Origin: Antedon mediterranea
Lineage: Eukaryota > Animalia > Echinodermata
Direction of reading: 5' to 3'
DNA length: 64,000 nucleotides
Assembly (NCBI RefSeq): GCF_964355755.1
Contig: NC_092675.1
Location: 6,939,812-7,003,811 of the forward strand
A model generated the notes under the pieces. The model was given only the letters and a program-made list of their open reading frames with translations, had not been told where the DNA came from and made no database searches. The translations under genes and the position numbers were made by a program. Below, one piece after another: positions 59,201 to 64,000 of this stretch (the first letter of the stretch is position 1; every line of letters begins with the position of its first letter).

Positions 59201-62200
59201 CAATTGCATGCTGGGATATGAAGTACAGTTTGTTTACATTTTTCTCTCTCGATCGTCAATTCAACTCTCCGCGCGAACCGACCGTTTTATATTTATACTG
59301 TATTGTTGTTTTTTTGTCCCATTAAAAACAAAATGAACTCCACTGTTTTATATAATATGGCTGTATTTTATGTATGCGAAACAAGCGGAGGAATACTTTA
59401 TTGAAAGAAGATGTCTGAAAATAAATTTAACTATATAAATGATGAAGAAAACAAATTGTCGCCCGAAAAGGAGGAAGGTATGTACTGAATATGTCGGATC
59501 GTCATAACAACAACCTCATAAAAAGGTCAAACATTGTTCACAGTTCACTGCGTAAGCCGGCCCAAACGTAAAAGCCGCTCCTGAACCTACCTGGAGAGGT
59601 GGCCCAGATCTGCGTCCGGCCCAGGGCCGGCCTAACTTTTTGGAGTATTTACACTTATCAATTGGCGACCCAGGGCCGACCCAGGGCCGGCCTAAATCGC
59701 AAGTGTAAATGGGGTCTAACATACATTATATTATTATTATTAAAGTTTAAACATACATATACACAGAATAATCTTAGCCACAGTGTTTAATACTGATTAT
59801 CTAAAGTTTTTTGGTAAATACTCTTATGGAGTATTAGGAATTCCTAAGTTACAGAAGTATGTATTTTTACCTTTTTTATTTTGTCTCATTTGTTTCTGTA
59901 CTAATTCATATTTCAGCACCAAATACTGCACCTACGAACCCCTTCAAGCTAAAACCAGCAACATTACCACCACCATCAAGTCAGATAAATGGTCAGGGTA
60001 AGAAGTTTGTCTGTAAATGTAAATAAGTGGTGCAGTTGTATAGCGCCATATACCAAATTGGTCGACTTTGGCCTTAATGATGTGTGGTAAAATTAAGGCT
60101 ACTCTCCAAAGTGTCATAGCTATGTATCGACAAAACGCTCTCATCAATGCACCATGATGGCCTGTAAAGACCAATACACTCGGGTAGCTCCTACCCACCT
60201 TAAAAGGTTTACTGGCTGACCTAGGGTTTATCGTCTTTAGTAAGGAAGGCTTGTACAATCAGAACCATGTAGTCTACCACAAACTTAATTCCATATTATG
60301 ATTTTATACGGTCTTATATGAGGGCCCCTTGATTGCCAACATATGCTGTTAAGGGTTACCCTCACTAAATAGGTTTAATAAAATAAAAATAAATTAACTT
60401 AACCGCTTATAACCACATATCACTATCAAAAGCAAAATGTTTTTAAGAAACTTTTCAGTTTATATTTATGTGAATATGAATATCAAATTGGCAAAGCCAC
60501 ATAAAATACATGGGTTTAGTTCTTGAATCATTCTAGATTTCGTCTGTAAATGTGGTGATTTATGTTATATCCGTTTAGGTACGAAGGGAGAAACAATTGA
60601 ATCAAGTCATAGTGCAGTAAGCAGTTTAATAAAAGAAGGTCCTCCAGAAAAAGCTGTTGCTGAATCGGAGAAGTCTTCTGAGAAACCAGAAGATGTAGCT
60701 GAATCTGACGCCGCAGCAGTCGTCAAAGAACCATCCAAAACAGATCCTGATGATAAGGAGAATGTGGAAACGCCCATATCAGAAACAGAAGCAAGTCCAG
60801 AGGACAGTAAAAAGAACTATTTTATAAAACTTTCTAGTGGTTCAAGCCGAGATTCAGGATTTGGGGTTTTTGGAAAGTTTAACCCTTCATCAGTACGCAT
60901 TTTGGATCAGGGATATAAAAGTCCACAAACTGAGAACTATTTCTTGCAGTTTGCGCCGAGCAAGAGTGACGATAGCAGTGATGAGAATACAAAATCTCCC
61001 AAGAGTTTAAGTAGTTCCGGATCATCTTTTATGTTTGGTCAAAACCTTACTGATAGAGTAACTGTAAGTAAAATAGTAATAGGGAACTTTATTTTGGAAT
61101 AGTGGACAATTTTTATACAAATGGTTACATATAAGCCAAACATACTCAGCCTTCATCTACTGTTAAAAAAAAAAAAGCTTGGTTCAGCATAAAGTATTAA
61201 GAGGACACCTTTGAGTAGGGATTGGCTGTACAGTAGTGTTTAAATATATATTGCCCCTTATTTACTTAATAGAAGTGTCCACTGAATAGAGGTGTCCCGA
61301 AACAGGGGTTGTATTGTCTGTAGAATGGAAACATCCTGATGAAGACATAATTATTATCAAATTTTATTGCTTTTTCATAATACAGTATTTCATTTGAGCT
61401 ATTCTTATTTATTCAGTATTTATTTATATGTATTCAGTTTGTGTTTATTAGTGCAATTTTTGATGAAGGAAAATCATTTTTAAATATTAATACATTATTT
61501 GTATTGTAGAGTCCATCCAAACAAGAGGGTGAATTAAAGTCAGCCAGTGAATATGTCTTTGGTTCCAACCTTGCAGAAAGGGTAAAGGTATGTAAATCCA
61601 CTATAAATACTTGAAAAATACACACAAAATGTCATGTGAACTTTCATATTACAATCCCTAAATCACTAATGCTGTGAAGCTACTAAATTAGTATAGACAC
61701 ATTATTTAATGCAGACGTTCAAACTTAAATGAATGAAAAATAGGGAGAGTATACTGCCACCAATGTTGACACTGTTAAGTATGTTGCCACCAACGTTCAA
61801 TATATGCGTGTAGTGCGTAAATCATAATAATAGCTCGCGTTGTATACAAATATAGTGTAGGCATAGGCCTAGTATCTTTGACATATCGCACTATCAACAA
61901 AGAAGTGGCGCATACAGTATACTTATACAATTTTTACTATCAATATTGTTCGTTGTATCATTTACGGTGGTGGTACGTACCACGCCCTTTTTAATGCAAT
62001 AATACTGAATTTTATAGAAACATGTGTGAAATCAGGATATATATTTTAAATTCAGGAGACTACCGAATAATTTGGGAGGGTTGGAACATATGTTAATATT
62101 TAGAAAAGTATGAAATCTCAACTGTGCATATACTAGCAATGGTGTACGCAGTATAGTAAGATTATCTATACATACATAAGTACACAGTGTGATCAATAAG

Positions 62201-63836
62201 GATCCTGATTATATGATGACAACCAATTGCAGTATTAGAAAAATAAACAAAAATAATACAGCAATGTAAAATGACTTGTTTTTTCAGCGAGAAGAATCTG
62301 CAGAATCATCAGAGGTCAAAGGTCAGTAATATATTAAATATTCTTGAAAATTATATTGTAAATAATCATATTATGTATCATATTTTCAAGTACTTTGGCA
62401 AATGGACAGAAGTTCCAATCTTTTATTAATACAAATATTAATTTTATTATTTTTTATTTATTATATTAACTTTTTCTTAATATTAGGAACAACCCTTGCC
62501 GAAAGTGCTAGCGCTTACGAAGAAGCGCGAGAAAATCAGCGACTAAAATTAGATAAGGTACCTCAAGTAAATGGTGAAGAAGATGAAGAAAATGTCTTAC
62601 AGGTAAAACTCATTTACTAATTATATATACTTAATTACTAACAATATAAGGCTGTGTTTCCTCAGCCATAACAACATTATCAGTTAATTTTTTTAACCAA
62701 TAAAGTGTGCATGATCAGTCATTACCAAACAACTAGATGCCCAATCAAAACAATTTTTACTTCAGCTCAAATGTTAAAAATTATCGCATTTATCCGATAA
62801 TTATCCGATTTGAATGAGATAATAATTCTACAGGCAGTATCGGTTAATTTTTATCGTTTAAGTAACGGTTAATTTTTTGCTGCGGAAACATACCCTAAAA
62901 TAATAAATTTCTGCCTACATTTAAACAAGTTTTTTATAAATCAATAATATTTAATCACCCACTAGTAATTTTCAAGTTTCTTTCACAAATATTTATTTGT
63001 TGTCCACAGGCCCAGTGTAAGCTGTATTTATTTGATAGCTCAACACAATCTTGGCTAGAAAAAGGGCGTGGACTGCTGCGCTTAAACGACAAATCACAAG
63101 CATATGGCTCTCATTTTCATTCAAGACTAGGTAAGACTTAATAAAAGGCTTTCGATTTATGATTACTGTTGACCTATGAACATGCTAGGATAGGCCATCA
63201 AAACTGTATTGCGGTGGGAACAATGAAGTTCCCCACATGAACACAATGAATTGACATGTCCTAATTAGGTTGTCGTCACAAATTCAACATTAGCCAACAC
63301 TTGCCAAAAATGTAATTTCCAGTAAACTTGAAGACTATTGAAAGAATTTGTGCCAAAATTAGATGTTTATCAGGGTTAATTTTGTTTTGCCTCCTCTCTA
63401 AGTGAATACAATTTAAGAAAAATACTTCAATATATTTATTGAGTAAATTAAAATACTTAAAGGTATATAGTCCCCCTGAAAAGATAATTTTTTTTAAATG
63501 TTTTTATTGAATATGCCATTTGAATATCACAGTTATTTTTTACTGAAACTAAAATAATGTATTATTGGTTGTCAGAAACTTATTTATTATGTTTATAATA
63601 GAAAAATTGTATTTATTTAGTATTTTGATTGATATATTAACTATGTGGTTGCCTCTGATAATAATTGAAATATTTTGAATCTTTTTGTTTTAATAGTAAT
63701 GAGAACACAAGGCAGTTTACGAGTTGTTCTCAACACGAAAGTCTGGTCAAACATGACTGTAGACAAGGCCAACCCTAAGAGCATCAGAATCACCGCCATG
63801 GACTCTGAGAATAAGATAAGAGTGTTTCTAATTGTG
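53277..63836 (+). CDS. RANBP3: Ran-binding protein 3 (CRM1 cofactor), about 14-15 exons in the window, 3' end beyond the right edge
   Basis: Exons encode FVFGENMESRV, FKLKPATL, NYFLQF, FMFGQNLTDRV, YVFGSNLAERV (FxFG repeats), TLAESASAY..GEEDEENVLQ, and the Ran-binding domain AQCKLYLFDSSTQSWLEKGRGLLRLND / VMRTQGSLRVVLNTKVW..DKANPKSIRITAMD. Confidence 0.93.
53490..54820 (+). repeat. Intronic tandem duplication with internal deletion (A..B A'B')
   Basis: 53490-53710 resembles 54516-54710 (ttgaatttggcgcataacgtcagtg...); 54427-54518 resembles 54732-54820 (ttccacacattt...cttaggtctgat). Confidence 0.8.
55370..55467. repeat. Palindromic mini-element built from CTAGAAAACTCAGAT units
   Basis: gggtgtctagaaaactcagat ... 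atctgagttttctagacaccc. Confidence 0.8.
55968..56008 (+). ncRNA. Degenerate Penelope-type minimal hammerhead motif
   Basis: GT-CTGAAGC-A-GTCGACA-gat-TGTCGAT-GAAAC-GTC-AC, with core A9 mutated to C. Confidence 0.45.
59065..59716. mobile_element. MITE with TIR GACCCCATTTACACTT (PIF/Harbinger-like termini)
   Basis: TTA|GACCCCATTTACACTT ... AAGTGTAAATGGGGTC|TAA, with subterminal CCAGGGCCGG repeats at both ends. Confidence 0.8.
62649..62896. mobile_element. MITE related to 6134-6550
   Basis: aggctgtgtttcctcagc ... gctgcggaaacataccct. Confidence 0.55.
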
Positions 63837-64000
63837 GTCAGTAAATTATTTTATTTCACTTAATTATGTGGCCGTGTTCACCATTCAGGAAAAATCTCCT
63901 CTCTAAGGTGAATACAATTATTTACCTGATAAAACTGTAAGCTAACGCAAAGGGTCCTGGGTTCAAGTCCTGTCATATGTCAGGATTTTTTCTAATGACA

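Overview
AT-rich, intron-rich animal genomic DNA. An invertebrate deuterostome such as an echinoderm is likely (inference from repeat families, frequent TAGGCCTA and gene content). The window holds four genes. (1) The 5' part of a CHST15/GalNAc4S-6ST-like sulfotransferase on the minus strand, running off the left edge. (2) A complete eyes-shut (EYS)-like secreted matrix gene on the minus strand (52965->5908; about 45 coding exons and about 5,000 aa by hand assembly). It encodes a signal peptide, an unexpected LDL-receptor class A module, roughly 100 EGF repeats (46 in one 5,238-nt exon) and five laminin-G domains separated by EGFs. (3) A collagen+C1q (CTRP/C1QL-like) gene nested antisense in an EYS intron. 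(4) RANBP3 on the plus strand, head-to-head with EYS (start codons about 310 bp apart), running off the right edge. The introns contain Kolobok-like, Harbinger-like and Academ-like non-autonomous DNA elements, Helentron-type HINEs (one carrying a tRNA-like Pol III cassette), DeuSINEs with either a tRNA-like or a 5S rRNA head, degenerate Penelope-type hammerhead motifs and LINE remnants. Exon boundaries were read by eye and may be off by a few bases. No database searches were run.
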